Under the pieces are notes generated by a model. It worked only from the letters and a program-made list of their open reading frames with translations. It had not been told where the DNA came from and did no database searches. A stretch of DNA of 63,556 bases, the filler included, from Choristocarpus tenellus KU-1152 (taxonomy: Eukaryota > Protista > Phaeophyceae): NCBI GenBank assembly GCA_964200185.2. It is 9 parts of 9 records of this genome, joined end to end, with 100 filler letters (N's around TTAATTAATTAA, not from the genome) between each part and the next. Parts side by side here need not be neighbours in the genome. Positions count along the whole stretch, not along the records: positions 17,029 to 23,715 come from CAXNAD020007561.1; positions 23,816 to 35,676 come from CAXNAD020002097.1; 7 more parts are not named here. One strand, given 5' to 3'. Positions 19,516-32,900 of this stretch are shown here, piece by piece. How positions within the stretch are numbered: the first letter of the stretch is position 1; each line of letters begins with the position of its first letter. A program made the position numbers and the translations under genes.

Positions 19516-22500
19516 TTACGTCACTACTTTCACACATCCATCATCACACCCCAACAGCAAGAGCTGCCTCAAGGGAAGCAAAGCCACTGACCCCACACCT
19601 ATAGTATCACCACCACCCCCTCCGCCAGAGAACCTTGCCCGTGGTGCCGCTTGCATGTTTCCATGTGATTGGTCAACAATTTTCTTCGGTGTAAGCTTCA
19701 TATTCTTCACCTCAAACTCCTGTCCTGCTCCTTGTTCGATGTCCCATTGTCCTCTTCCCCTAAACATTTCCCTCCTACAGGTTGAGACTGCAGATGCTGC
19801 CACCCTGTTCCCTGAAAATGCAAACATCACTGGCATAAAAGGACCAGGTCGAGAAGTGGGCCCAAGGGGAATCGAGGTTGAAGAGGAAAAGGGATAGGGC
19901 CTTCCTTTGATGAACACCCCACTTGACCCTGACTTGACCCATCCCTGGCCCATGCTACTACTCTCGCTCCCAACCTTACCAATTCCACCTTCTAATCTCC
20001 TGTCCCTGGCGTACACACTCATACTATCCATGCTGACATCCTCCAAGGAGTTCAGTGGGTATCGCATATTGTGAACATAGACTGTGGCAGGCGACATGCC
20101 CTGGCCATGGTCAGGGAGACCTGAGACGGTATAAGCCCTCATGGGCGATTTCTCCATGGGAAGGGTCACGCTGGAAAGGCTATCTTCCAACTCACCCTCG
20201 CTATCTCTCCAACTCCTTGAACTTCGAGTGTATCTTGCATCCCATTGCCTTGCAGGATTAGCATCGACATTTGCAGCAGGAGGGCCACCCCAGCCTATCT
20301 GGGGTGCCGCAAGGCTCAGATCCCATACAACAGCGGTAAGATCTCGGGAAATGGTGAGCAGGAGGTTCCTAGAGACATGTTGGGCAGGGTGAGGTGTGTA
20401 AGGCTTCGACTAAGTGATAACAGAAGTTCAAATCGAATTTAAGGGCAGTGGGGCAGAGGAAACTCCTTTATCCCCAGTTCAGGTTACGGCATTACCCCCC
20501 AAGACTCTCCTGCAGGATATCCAGAAGAAGGGAATCGCACATACTTCATGTGTCATATTTTTCTCCCCAACAACACTATGCTGAGAAATCGTACCTGGCA
20601 ACAGGAAAGACTCTGACCACAGTGCCTGCATGGGCATTCCATCGGTATAATGGTCTTCCCCCTTCAACTCTCTTGTCCAAAACAACCACTTGGCCCTCAC
20701 TCGAACCCACTGACACCCAGTCCCCCTCGCCACCGTCGCAAAGGCAACAAAGACTGGGCAAAGGAGTCCCGCGTTTAGCTCCCACTCTGTCTAATGGGGT
20801 GTGAGCTTCGCCCATACCAAACCTTGAGCAGAATGGCAAGATGCAGGGAGGAGGCAGGATGGGGAATCCAGGGGTGGAGGTTACTCGTATGCATCACTGC
20901 ACATATCTCACAGTATACAGCAGGACAAGTAGACCCTGCAGGACATTGGGTAAGTCTTGATTTTGTTGTTTATACTCCATCCAATGCAAACAAGAAGTTA
21001 CCAATCACCAACCATTGCCAAATATATTCCAAGGCCACCACATGCTGGAGTCACAACTATTACAATCACCTCCAGTACCAACACATCAGCGTATGGCATT
21101 CCATCCTTCAGCAGCATTAAACTGTTCTCAACTAGGCACCATCACTCTAGCAGGAGTTCTCCAACCAACTTCTGCACTCACAGGAAGGGAAGAAGAGCTC
21201 CTCCATCGAATTACCCAGCAAGATTGAGTGCCCCCCCTGCCTAGCTTTCCCCCTTCCCAACCTACTTCAACCAAGAAACCAGAGCAATGTACACTCACGC
21301 TACAAGACGGGTGAAATCTGGCATCTGTAAGTTTTGAAGAGATCCTGAGAGAGGCCAAGTCGCTGCAGGAGGTAATGGGTAACCTCCCTCTGCCCCAGAT
21401 GTTGTATGATGGGCTTGTCTACATGTAGAGAGCAGCACAAGTCAGAGGGGCAGAGTGGATGGGATGGGTGTCCACAAAAGAAGTGCATTCTTCAAGGCGA
21501 AGTATGTGTGTTTGAGGTGTTGAGAAAAAGGGACTTATTCCCCTAGATGTGACTGTGATTGTCCACTTAGAAGAAGAGGTAGGAAAGGAAGAACGCACCA
21601 AGCAGTGTGAACCAAAACAAATGCTAAGGGGGACCATAAAATTCTGAAGGGAGGGTAGACAGTGATTGTCCAGAGGTCAAGGATGGGGGAACAGATAACA
21701 ACTTGGGCATAGTAGAAGGGGGTGTGTGGGTGTGGGTGTGGGTGTGGGTGTGGGTGTGGGTGTGGGTGTGGGTGTGGGTGAGGGCAAAGCGATTGCACAT
21801 GGCATACACCTCATAGTACTCAAAAGCACTTTCTATCTAATTCCTCCTTAAATCCACCAATAACAAAACAAGACGTATGGGCATTGTGGATACTAATAGA
21901 GCTGGAATAGGAAATGAGTCGCATGATGAGAAAAGGATACATTGTGATGGCACAGTTTGCACATTTCGTTCACAACAACTAGATTCGCCAGAATAGGAGC
22001 AAAAGAGTGAAGCACGAACCTTCAGGGGAAAACCAACCCTTTCACCTCAGCATCACTGTCCTTGTTACCAAATCAATACAAAACAAGCACAAGCATATCA
22101 TATCATACAAGAAGAAATTACAGTTCAGTGAATGCACCCCAAAATAAATAACACAGCGACAGACCTCAAACCTTCCTACACCACACCCACCACACTACTC
22201 TTAACAGAAAACCAAATACTACTGGTTGTACCTGAGGTCGAAATGCATAACCTCTGCAGAGGAAGTGGTGGCCAAGAGCTGCTGATCACCCCACCCTCTT
22301 CCAACCGCTGCGCCCTGTCTCCCTATCTCATCCCCCAAGCAGTCCACTCCCCACTCAGAAATATCCAAGGGAGGAGTCACCCCCTCTCCACACCCAGTAA
22401 GAGTAAATGCGGTGAAAGATAGTCCTGGGTCGCCACTGCTTGTTCCTCCTCCCCACCAGCACAGGTGATCTTGCTCATGATTCCAATGTCCCTCTGTAAG

Positions 22501-23715
22501 ACAAGTGGCCAAGGTAGCACTCCTATGGGTATTATCGCAGAGCAAGCACAGGGTTGGTGAAGGAGTTCAACTGAGAGGGAGGCACGGGATTTTGAAATGG
22601 AGTAGATAAGGGAGGGACAGCATGGGGGTAGATAAGGGTTCAGGGAAGAAAGGGGGCAAAGGTGAGGCTAGTGGCTGAAAGGGGAGATAGAGAGGGCATG
22701 TGATCATGTTTTGCTAGTATTGGTCAAATGAAAGCTCTTCACATAACCACATGTCATGTTGTCATGGGTTGTAAAGAGAGATGGACATGGGTTGCAGGGA
22801 GCACAATGGTGGTAGAGGGATAAACAGGGGGGGGAAGGGGACTAGCTTGAAGACATGTTATCCAATTTTGTGTTATTCTGAACCAGAAAAGCACTGGCTA
22901 TGTTGGGTAAAAACAAGATACAAAGATAGGTCGATGCGGGGCACCCACAGTGGAAATGGTCTGTCAAATACATCCAGGTGTGATTCAGGAAAACTCAAAA
23001 AGAAACAACATGAGTGCAATTGAATACAACAATGTGGGTGCCTTGTCGTTGTAGCATTGATAAGAGACACCCTCTTGTTTGCCCCTAGCTTAGAGCAAGG
23101 GCAGCATCTAAACAACAGGAATATGCCAAAGACGACTAATTCAACCAGTAGACATTTGTACTTCATCAATCAAGTGAGAGGTCCTACTAGCAACAAGGGC
23201 ATGCTCCTGTTCCTCCTCCCCTTTTCAGGGCCAACGGCAAAGCATCACAACTGTTCACATCCCAATACAAAATTCAAAAAATGAGAGTGGCAGGATTAAA
23301 CGCCCTTTGATCATATGACTCTGCACCATTTTCAAATGCTCCAATATCCACTAAGAGAACTAATCTGATCCACACTGCACCAACCTAACTCTTCACCATT
23401 GACTCTCTCATTCAACAGCAACTGTCAACTGTAGGTACGGGGTTGGAAGATATTGAAGATACATACATACATACATACATACACAAGTGATTGTTTTGAA
23501 CTTGAAATGAATCCTTCCACCAGCAACACATATATGATCAGACAAGCACAATAATACACAATGGCACCACTCAGAGTGACCTCACCTTTCCACATCCCAA
23601 ACCCGAAGCATCCCGCCAGCCATCACTGCTGCTCTTCCTCCACTGGTGAAGAACTCCAGCCCAGTGACCCCTCTGTCCCAACTAGTGCCTTCACTGTGAC
23701 CAAAACGTCCCATCC
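19516..23715 (-). CDS. WDR81: WDR81/GFS12-like protein, C-terminal WD40 region, 3' partial gene
   Basis: Exons include 23715-23586 (...MLRVWDVER), ~22494-22232, ~21420-21299, 20822-20595 and terminal exon 20368-19516. The spliced WVSVGSSEGQVVVLDKR...WNAHAGTVVRVFPVA/RNLLLTISRDLTAVVWDL and the C-terminus SVALLPLRQLLLLGCDDGCVKVVT* resemble WDR81-family C-termini as I recall them. Some internal exon borders are uncertain. Confidence 0.7.
21724..21781. repeat. (TGTGGG)n microsatellite in an intron
   Basis: Directly visible hexamer array. It explains the HPHP/THTH ORFs. Confidence 0.95.
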
Positions 23716-24989
23716 NNNNNNNNNNNNNNNNNNNNNNNNNNNNNNNNNNNNNNNNNNNNTTAATTAATTAANNNNNNNNNNNNNNNNNNNNNNNNNNNNN
23801 NNNNNNNNNNNNNNNCCCCCCAACACACACACACGTATAAATTCCAGAAGGGACAGATGGCACAGACACACAAAAAGTGGTATTAATCGTAGAAATACAG
23901 GCTACAATAATATGGCCATTTTTTTTGTTCTGAACATTGTTTTCATGGAGAAATTCTAGTAGTGATCACAGATGTGCTTGTATATACGTACCCCTGTATA
24001 GTAGAAGCCATACGTTGCAGTAGACACCACAGGCAAGGCTTATTGGCGGGATGGCAGAGTGGTAGGTGCATTGATGAGAAAATCATTCCAATCGCGAACC
24101 CAAGGAAAATGATTCGCTTCTGTCACTGCACAGCCCGTGCTGCAGTCAGAGGATCCCCACTACACAGGCAAAGCCCCCCCCCCCCCCCGAAGAAGTACCT
24201 AGAGCAAACAGGCAGGTCTTGATACACGGAGAGATAGACCCTTAAACCTTCTCAAGAGATAGGATGACAGCCCTCCTTTCGACAAGGAAAGTAAACTATA
24301 CTCAAACGTAGCATGGTAAGGCGACAGATAATGGAGCCTCATTCTGTTGTCCTTCACTTTGGAAAATTGCTCTTTGTTATGAACACAGAACCAGAAAAAT
24401 GGTTATCTCCCACAAAAATGGGCTCTGCTGTATATATCAGATGACAAAAGTAAGTATTAAAACAGATCACCTCCACTTCCACAAAAATCTTGTCTTCTCT
24501 GTGCCAAGAGCAGTGCAACAGTATAATATCTGTGTATATAGATATACATACATATTTTTCCTATCGGCTGAACAAACAAGTTTGACAAATATACCGTTCT
24601 TATGAATGCTCATAAATGGAATTAAATGGCAACAAGGCTTGGATTTTTACTAATTTGCCATAGGCAAGTCCGCTCTTCAGAGGACAAGGTGTAAGGCATA
24701 CTCCTATGAAGACACAATGGGCGATAATTAATGAGTACTGCAACAGTTTTCTCTTTTGAAGCACCCAAGGCATCATGCCAAAGGTAAGCAATGTACATGA
24801 ATAATGTACGAAGCATGTACCGCAAGTGCAACACACTAATACTACAGCAACATATAAATACATGGGCGAGTCAATAGGCCACCAACAGCTCAATTAACAA
24901 AGATGATGTCATCACCACACCCTCCCCCTCCTCCCTTAACCATGGACATCATGAGCGGATCTACCGTGTTTCAGAGTGTTCGTTCCCAC

Positions 24990-26004
24990 CTGACCGGTGT
25001 GACCCTTGAGCTCCTTGACCAAGAGGGCAGAGGGTGGTCCGTCGAGCGCCTTCTTGGATAGAGGATGGGTGGTTAGAGTGAAGGGATTTTTTCATTAGCC
25101 CACACCTTTGCAAATTCAGTGTGGCATGGCATGTGCGGAGATATCTCCAACGGTGCATAAAGTGTCTTGGAAGACCGTATTGAGTCGACAATGGGTTGTG
25201 AGTGTACAAGTGGATGGTCGAAGGGTCTTCCTTCCGAAAGCACTAGCTACTGAGCTCTAAAAGACTAGAGAAATGTCACACGGCGTATCCAAATTGTCGT
25301 TTGGGGGCGATTGAAAATGCACACGATGCTGTTCAAGGTTTTGTGTGGCAGTGTTTTGCGGTGCTGCTTCCTATGCAAGAGTTAAATAAGGGCATGTCCT
25401 TCAATTTCTTTGCCTATATGTATCAACCGTGAGTTTCATTTACAGGTATTCAAAGGAGGCATCACTTTCATTATCTAGACACCATAATCACCACATGTTG
25501 ACAACCCACAATTGTAGACAAACTAGAACAAGAACACGTACTGGGTCGTTCGGTCGTTGTCCTGGCCCCCTTCTGAAGGTCGTCTTGCCAGCACCTTTGC
25601 TGGGCTTCCTCTTCTTTTTCTTGACATCCTGCCGAAGATTATTGTTCATTTCCAGTGGTGTCAATGTGCTTTGCAATGTGTAAGATTCAAATGAATGTTC
25701 ACACAGAGGAATACGGCACACCGAAATTCAATATTTACATAATGAAAGCGTAATGGGCACACCACAAACTTCACTCCATTCCTACCAAATTAGAGCCTAC
25801 GTTCGACACGAAAATTGACAAAAGTGGGGACGTGCAATGGATCTTCTTCCATCCTTTTCTCACCACTAAACTCGAACCTCCTGTGTCTTCCTCTTCGGGC
25901 TCTTTCTCCTCAGTCAGATCATGGTCAACATAGAGAATGTACCACACCATTGCCAAAGATCCCACGAAGAATCCCAAAAACAGGAGGCCAACCACTACAC
26001 CCAT
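24990..26004 (-). CDS. Putative N-terminally membrane-anchored WD40 protein (TBL2-like), 5' partial
   Basis: ATG at 26004 gives a hydrophobic anchor MGVVVGLLFLGFFVGSLAMVWYILY followed by an acidic stretch. A Lys-rich exon (DVKKKKRKPSKG...) ends at 25542. Exon 25052-24990 encodes KALDGPPSALLVKELKGHTGQ, the start of a WD40 repeat. This architecture matches TBL2, but the downstream exons were not found. Confidence 0.45.
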
Positions 26005-26972
26005 ATTTATCCTCTCGCTGTTGTACGCGTGCTCAGGTCTGGGGGATTTTTTGTGGTAAGTGTACAGGGTGCGAGTGGTGATGTTCGATGGTGTTGAAAG
26101 GTGGAAAAGCAACTGTAGCAATCTTGAACGATGATAAGAGGAAATGTTTCAGATATCCCTAACCCTATGCAACTTGGACAATTTGACGTAAGGACAAAAA
26201 GGTAAAGTGAGCAAAGGATTCTCTATACCCTAGTGTCCAAGACAAGACCCACTGAGAACAAACATAAATTGATTAGATCTGCGTCTTTGGGGTGTGAGGT
26301 GGGGTGGCGAATGCAAAAGGTTTAAAGGTCTTGCGCGCTCTGTGAAAGCCAATTGTTGATCGGGGTCTCCTGTTGCTGGTTTGGCTCGCGGGTGAGGGTG
26401 GTCCCCTCTTCTGTCCGTAAATCTTCCCGCAAAGCAAGGCCCTACTTCCCGGTGATCGACGTCCGCAAGGGAGTTTGTTCCGCGGTTTGAGTTTCTCACG
26501 GCAGCAAGGTATGAGAGTATTCATCGAGTAACTTCCCGGAAGCGGTATCACATGCATGATATATCTGGAATGGGGCAAGTCACTTGGATGCCCTTTTAAT
26601 AGTGGCACGCACACACATAAGGGAAGCACATCTCTCCATTTCTTTGGGTGGATATTTCAATGGTCGCGACTGCCTCTGCACTGCCTTCTTTGTTGTAAAA
26701 TCCATCGCATCCTCTTTTTCTCGCGCCTTCCTTATCCTCTCTCCATCTCACCCCATCCCATCAACTCCTCAAAATCAATCTGTAACAAGAACGCTAACCA
26801 ATGGCGGCCAAATAACCCATATTCCCATTCTATTCAGGCATATCAATTCCCGATTCTTGCATCGACCCAGAACGCTCCAATCTTGAAGCGCTTGGATGCT
26901 GCGCTTCTCGAAAGCAACTTCGTGTTCGCCGGTCACTGCGAGCTCGTTTGCCTTTGTTTGAGCATACGGGCA

Positions 26973-29900
26973 ATGTCATCCATGGGTGAGGTTGAAGGGC
27001 CACCACCTCTAGTCCCGGGGTCCGACGAGGGAAACCCCCCTACACCGCGAGGGGAGGAGGATGGACTCGAAGATGATGTGGAGCAGCTGCCTGACGCTGA
27101 GCTTTCGATACCGAATCCTGAATCGGGAGATGGATCAGGAACGGCCTTACCCCCCGTAAATAAGTCGCCGATCGCGTCGGACACTAGCAGTGGTGAGAGC
27201 TCTGAGGGGGGAGCTGACCCAGCTCTGCCACCTGAGGATGAGTTTTCGCTTGGGTTGGAGGACGGTCAGCTGGACGAAAGCGAGGTCTCTACATCACTGG
27301 ACGAGGGCGGGTGGGTCGCCATGGAATGTCGAGGGTAGAGCTAGATTAAAGGGCGTGACTTGTTGCTTCCGTTAAATTGTGCCTCCCTAAGCTTTCTTTT
27401 TCCATGTGGTATCTCGTTCAGATTATTTTATTGAGCAGGCAGAACACATTCCTGTTTATTTGCAGCCACTACACGCTATCAATATGGGTTGTGTAGAACT
27501 GCACTCCTTCAATTTCACTCCCTTTTTGCATTCAAGTCCTCGTATAAATCGATTTTGCTCTCATGGGACGTCTTTGACCAAGAAGTAGGTCTAGTGCAAC
27601 TTGAAGCCCTATGAGCATTTGATGTCCTGTGACTCCCCCTCGCCTCCCCATCTTCTTGTCACCATATATCTTTGTGTGTTTATTGCTCTTACTGGTTGTT
27701 TGTATATTTGCAATGTATACATGTGTTTCGTCCATATCCTGGTCACTGTTTTTCCATTATAGATTGGGATCTTCCACCCCAATGGATACTGATCGCAGGC
27801 GAGATGGTGGAAGTGGTGGTAGTGGCAGTGGTGGTGGTAGCGGAGGAGGAGGAAGGGGGGGGGGAGGGGGACCGGCACACAGGACTGCAACACAGCCACA
27901 GCTGCAACAGCCGCAGCACCATGTGGCCATTGTTTGTCCCGTGGACACCAGTGTATTTGACAGGGTCAGAGGTAGTCTCCATGCCAATGCTACTGTGGGC
28001 TGGGAGCATGCACCCCAGTCCATTGACCTAGCTATCAGGCTGTTTGACACGGAGGAAGCTCAGCTTTTCCTTTCTCAGTTCTTGGCTCAGATCACCAGCA
28101 TCATGCTCGACCAGGCAAGACTACCGAAGGGAAGAAGTGGGGGGGAGTTAGAGGGGGTTACAGGTATTTGCTAGTTGCATGGAAAGAGAACCATGTTGCT
28201 GCTAACATGCCTTGTGTTGGTAGACATAGTAGAATTCCTCACTTGCACACCCACTGCTGTAGTGTTGGGTAGATTGTTGACACCCTTGCAAGATGTGAAC
28301 TCCTCTAAGGTATATATTTCATATCAAAAGAGTTAGACTTTCTTGTTCATGCTGAGATTCAAGGTGTATAGGTCTTGTTGCGCTGAAAATTTAGTGTATC
28401 TCTGCACCTATGTCGAGGTTCTATGGTGCATAGTAGATGTAATTCATGTGTAGGGTGTCAAGGAACGGTGTGCAAGTAGATTGTGCTTATAGGAGTGGAA
28501 AGTAGTGAGGGATAGTACTTGCGTAGACCTATGGGAGGTAGAGGACTTGGGGGGCAAACTTTTTGTGGAAAGGGGTAGAGGAGATATGAACAATTGCGTG
28601 GAAGGGTGGATTGAAGAACATGAACTTGAGCTGTATCTTTTAGAGTGTTGGGTTTCAGGGAAAGGTATTGCAGCAGTCAGTCTTCTAGCAATTTGTTGAG
28701 GGTAATGGTTAAGGCAATGAGTTATATTGAAATCAGCTATAGTAGTGAGATTGATGTGGATGAATTTACAGAGAGAATATATCCTGATCTGTTAGTTTTG
28801 TTACTTCGATAGTTGTGATGTGAGTGTCAGTCATGCTTATGATGCAGTTCTTCCTTACATCTTCCAAATGCTTTCTGCTTGCCTGGGCTGTGCAAATGAG
28901 GACTCGGAAATTTGAGGACTAAGAAAATCATCATGATCATAATGAGGTCTTGATCACCATAGTACTGGCTATTAATAGCTGTCCTATCCTGTGCAATACT
29001 TCAATGCAACTTATCCCATTTCATATATCTGACATCCCTCTTCTCTCGATCGAGAAATATTTGAAGCCTTTGCTGTGGAAATTGATTCTCTATTCAGGAG
29101 AAAAATCTGTTTGAGAACGCCCAACCTCACAGTGTGTTTTGTACTATGAAGCAAAATGAGATGTGAAAGGGTCAGAGTAGCTTTTTGTTGGGTGGGATTT
29201 GTGCTATTGGAAGGTGCAATAAACTTTGGTGTTGGCCCTGCTGTTGGATATGGTTGAATAGCTTGCTTCTGACTGCTGAGCGTTGAAGCATGCTTGAAAA
29301 GTACACAACTCCAGTGAAATTGAGTTGTGATTTTTTGGAAGTAAAGGAAAGTGAATTGAAGGGTGTTTGTAGATACAAAGGGAGACTATAATAGGAGTTT
29401 ATTAATAAAACAAGCAACACTGTGCATATGCTGTTATTTTTGACCAGCTGATTGGGTAACAGGGAGTGTGTGTGGCGAAACTATGAAGATAGATCTGCAG
29501 ACTGGGGATGGTGCCTTTTGACCACGTATGAGTTATGTTTTTCGAGTTAAATTGATGGATTGCTGTATATGTGGTTGGTATACCTAAGCTTAGTCACATG
29601 CCTAACACTGAAAGCTGAACATGGTCCTTACCCTTTGAACCCACCATGGATTGCAATTTTCCATATTGGGTTGGAGGATCCCATGCTAAAAGTCAGTTCC
29701 ATGAACAGCTTTTCACGTGAAGCATCACAAGGGCACAGGTTTATGGATACACTGCCTGCCCACTCCCCCTCCCTTGCTGTACATGTGCTTACCGCTCCTG
29801 CTCTCCAAATCACTTAAACAACCTTTTGTCATGGTCCACATCAAACTACTGCGTAGCTTAACCAGCCTGTACAAGAGCACCACATATTCTGAACTTCTCC

Positions 29901-32900
29901 TCCCCCTGCCTCCCCTCTCTTTCGATATCCACTACAAAGTTGAAACTTTTTTTTTTTGAGATTGATATGCGTTGTTGACAATTCCCCCCTCTCCCTACCT
30001 CCCCATGCTTATCATATGGTCCCCAGCAAGCCACAAAGATCGGCCACTTTGAGAGGACGTGTGTAGTGAGGACCTTGGAGGCCTCGTGCACAGTACTACA
30101 GCGCTTGCTGGCGATTGGGAAGCTAGAGCATGTGAACACGCTAACACAGCTGTTCAACATAAGCCGGCCGTTCTACAAAGGCCACAAAACGGCGTGGCAG
30201 ACTCTCCCTGGGGTGCCAGAGGTAAGAATGAGTTATGCGATGGGTACTCTGGGTTGGGTTAGTGTGCCATTGTTTAGTGTAGATAAGTGTGTCTCAGTAA
30301 TGTAAATGGTAGAATATTGTTATTTCAAACTTTCCTTTTGTTGGTTGGGGCTTCTGTTACATCTGACGATACTACGAGTGCCCCTTTGCTCTTCAGNNNN
30401 NNNNNNTAATTTGTGGTTGGGATGGTGAGAGTAGTGTGATTGTATGGGGAGAGTACTTTGGTGATAGAAGTGTTTTACATTTTGTAGTGGGTTTGCACTC
30501 TTTTGCTGTGTCAAGGGAAGGGTGAGGCCTATTGTGTGGTTATTTGTTGTACGTAATTCCAGAAAATTTGAGATTTTTTTTTCATTGTGATGGTGTTTGG
30601 ATTATTTTATGAGGATTTTCACTCTACAGAAGCTCCTCCTGTGAAGTGTGCAGGGCACTGTCTTTTTCTGGTAGAAAGAGGAATGGAAATAAAGCTCTGA
30701 TTTGTGTACTTTAATGTTGCTTGTGTTGATGGATTAACCATGCAAGGAAGAATCATTTTTTGTATAGGGTCTCACATTGAAATTGACAACACGTTTTTGA
30801 GGCAGCCAAGATAATTTCATTCAAAGTTGAGGGCAGTGAAGTCTGCTAAGTAGGACATGCAGTGTCTAGTTTGAGGAGTAGCGACTTGGGTGTCGCATAT
30901 CTCTATAAATACCAAAGGTTACGCAGTGTGTAGTGAGCGTATGTGAACAAAAGTTGGGTGGAAGAAAAAAGTAGCCACAATTTCCCTCCTCTGAGAAATG
31001 ATGGCTTGAAGAGATGTTATGACATGAAAAACATTTGTACTTATGTGTGAGTTCATATCTTTATGTGTTAGAGTTAGGGTTACAAGGGATACTCTCTTTG
31101 AAGCATTTTTTTTTACTGTGAAGTGTCCTATCTGTACCTTGTCCCTTGTGCACACTTCATTGTGATTTGTTGCCTCCTGCAGACGCCCAATTCACAGTAC
31201 TCACTTGCCCATCCTTCTCCACTTAACCTCAGAGAAAGGCCTCCTCAATTGCCTATGCTGTTGACTGCTATGCTATGCACCTCAATGAAGCCTCTTATCC
31301 CAATCTAAGTAAGGCAACTTCTATAGAGATTGCATTTAGTAAAATAAGTACAAATGTTTGTGTTTCTGTTTTCACACGAGCTGCCTCTAACACCCCCATT
31401 TGATTATAGTTCAGCCTTACCCTTGCCATTTGATGTCCGTTGGTAGCTCCATGTATTGCTGCCCATATCGCCCCCCCCCTAACTGACGTCATGTGACTTT
31501 AGACTACATAATATTATGAGATATGGTGTGACACATATCCCTGTTCGTCCCACCTCATACTTCCTCCCCCCCTCCTCTCTTCCCCTGTCCCTCACTTCAA
31601 TGGGTGAGCAGCAACGTGTTGTTCGGTGCAAGCAGTTCATGAGCAATGGTGGCTTCACTGCCCTTGCCATCCTGCTGGAGAAGCAGGCTGCTCATCTTGC
31701 AAAGCAGGCCAAGGACAGAGCTGCGGAGAAGGTTGCTCTGGACAAGGCAGGGAGTGGGTCCAGGGCAGGCACTAGTGGAGGGGTTGGGGGGCCAGGAGGT
31801 GTGGGGCAGGGAGGCCAAAGAGAGTTGAATGGATCTGGTTCTGGGGCCGGTGCAGGAGCAAGTGGGGTTTCTGGTGAGCGGTGGCTTGGGGCAGAAAAAA
31901 TTTACATCCTGTTGTCTGGATTGGTAGAAGCGGTAGCTGGGGAGTTGAATGTAAGGGTTAAGGCTGTGGCGATGCGGGTGTGCACTGCTGTGATGGAGCA
32001 GATCAAGGTGCTTACAGAAGAGGAGCTCAAGAAGGAGAACCAGGAGGTGCGTAGAGGGTGGATAGGGGGGAAGTGGGGAGGGATGTTGAGGGTGATAGAG
32101 CAGTTGCATGAATATTCATGAGACTTGGATAAATTTTTGTGACCTATTCAGTGGAATGTGTTTCAGTAGTGTGTGGCAGATATGTTCTTCAGACATATTT
32201 GTTGCCTTACCTCGTCTGATTTTCTGTGCAGATTGTGTTGATGTTGGAATGTGCTGTGTTTCTTCCAGTCTGTATTGTCATTATTTGATTGAGCATTGTG
32301 AAATATGTTGGTGTTGTTAGGGAGTAGATTTCTACTCTCTTGTGGCTGGGGTTGGTATCACGGTGTTGTTGTATTAATAGTAATGTATCTACTTGATTTG
32401 TTCAAGTAAAGTATTTCTGACGTGACCTTTTGGTCTTGAGTAAGATTGATGTTGAGGAAGTACCTGTTGACCTGTACTTCTGAAGCCTTAGGCCTTTATT
32501 TCTGTGGGCAACAAAGGAGTGAGAGATAAGAAACACTTAAAATGAGAGATCTTTCTTGTTGGGGTGGCATGTGTGTTTGTTGGGGAGGTGGATAGTGAAC
32601 CAATTTCAAGACTTTAATGTTTCGCGAGGCAGAGAAGCTCTTCATAGTGGGTGAGGCTATTGATATGGGTTGTGAGTGCTGTAGTGTTCTCCTGGTAATT
32701 GTCTGTTACTATTACTTTTATGGAGAGGGTACATGCAGTGTTTTATCAAGTGGTGAGGTCAGCGGCTTACAGTTGTAATTATTTTGTTTTCATCTATAGT
32801 TTAGGGTTTTCCCTGTGTTGTACTTGACATGCAGTGTCGTGGTGTGCCTTACAAGTGTAGGTTTGATGTTTAGAGTTAGGTCAACACTGTGAATAATATG

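Noticed and set aside
26556-26972. N-terminal 139 aa of the 260-aa ORF
   Set aside because: The composition looks like UTR or intron. The acidic coding-like sequence starts at ATG 26973.
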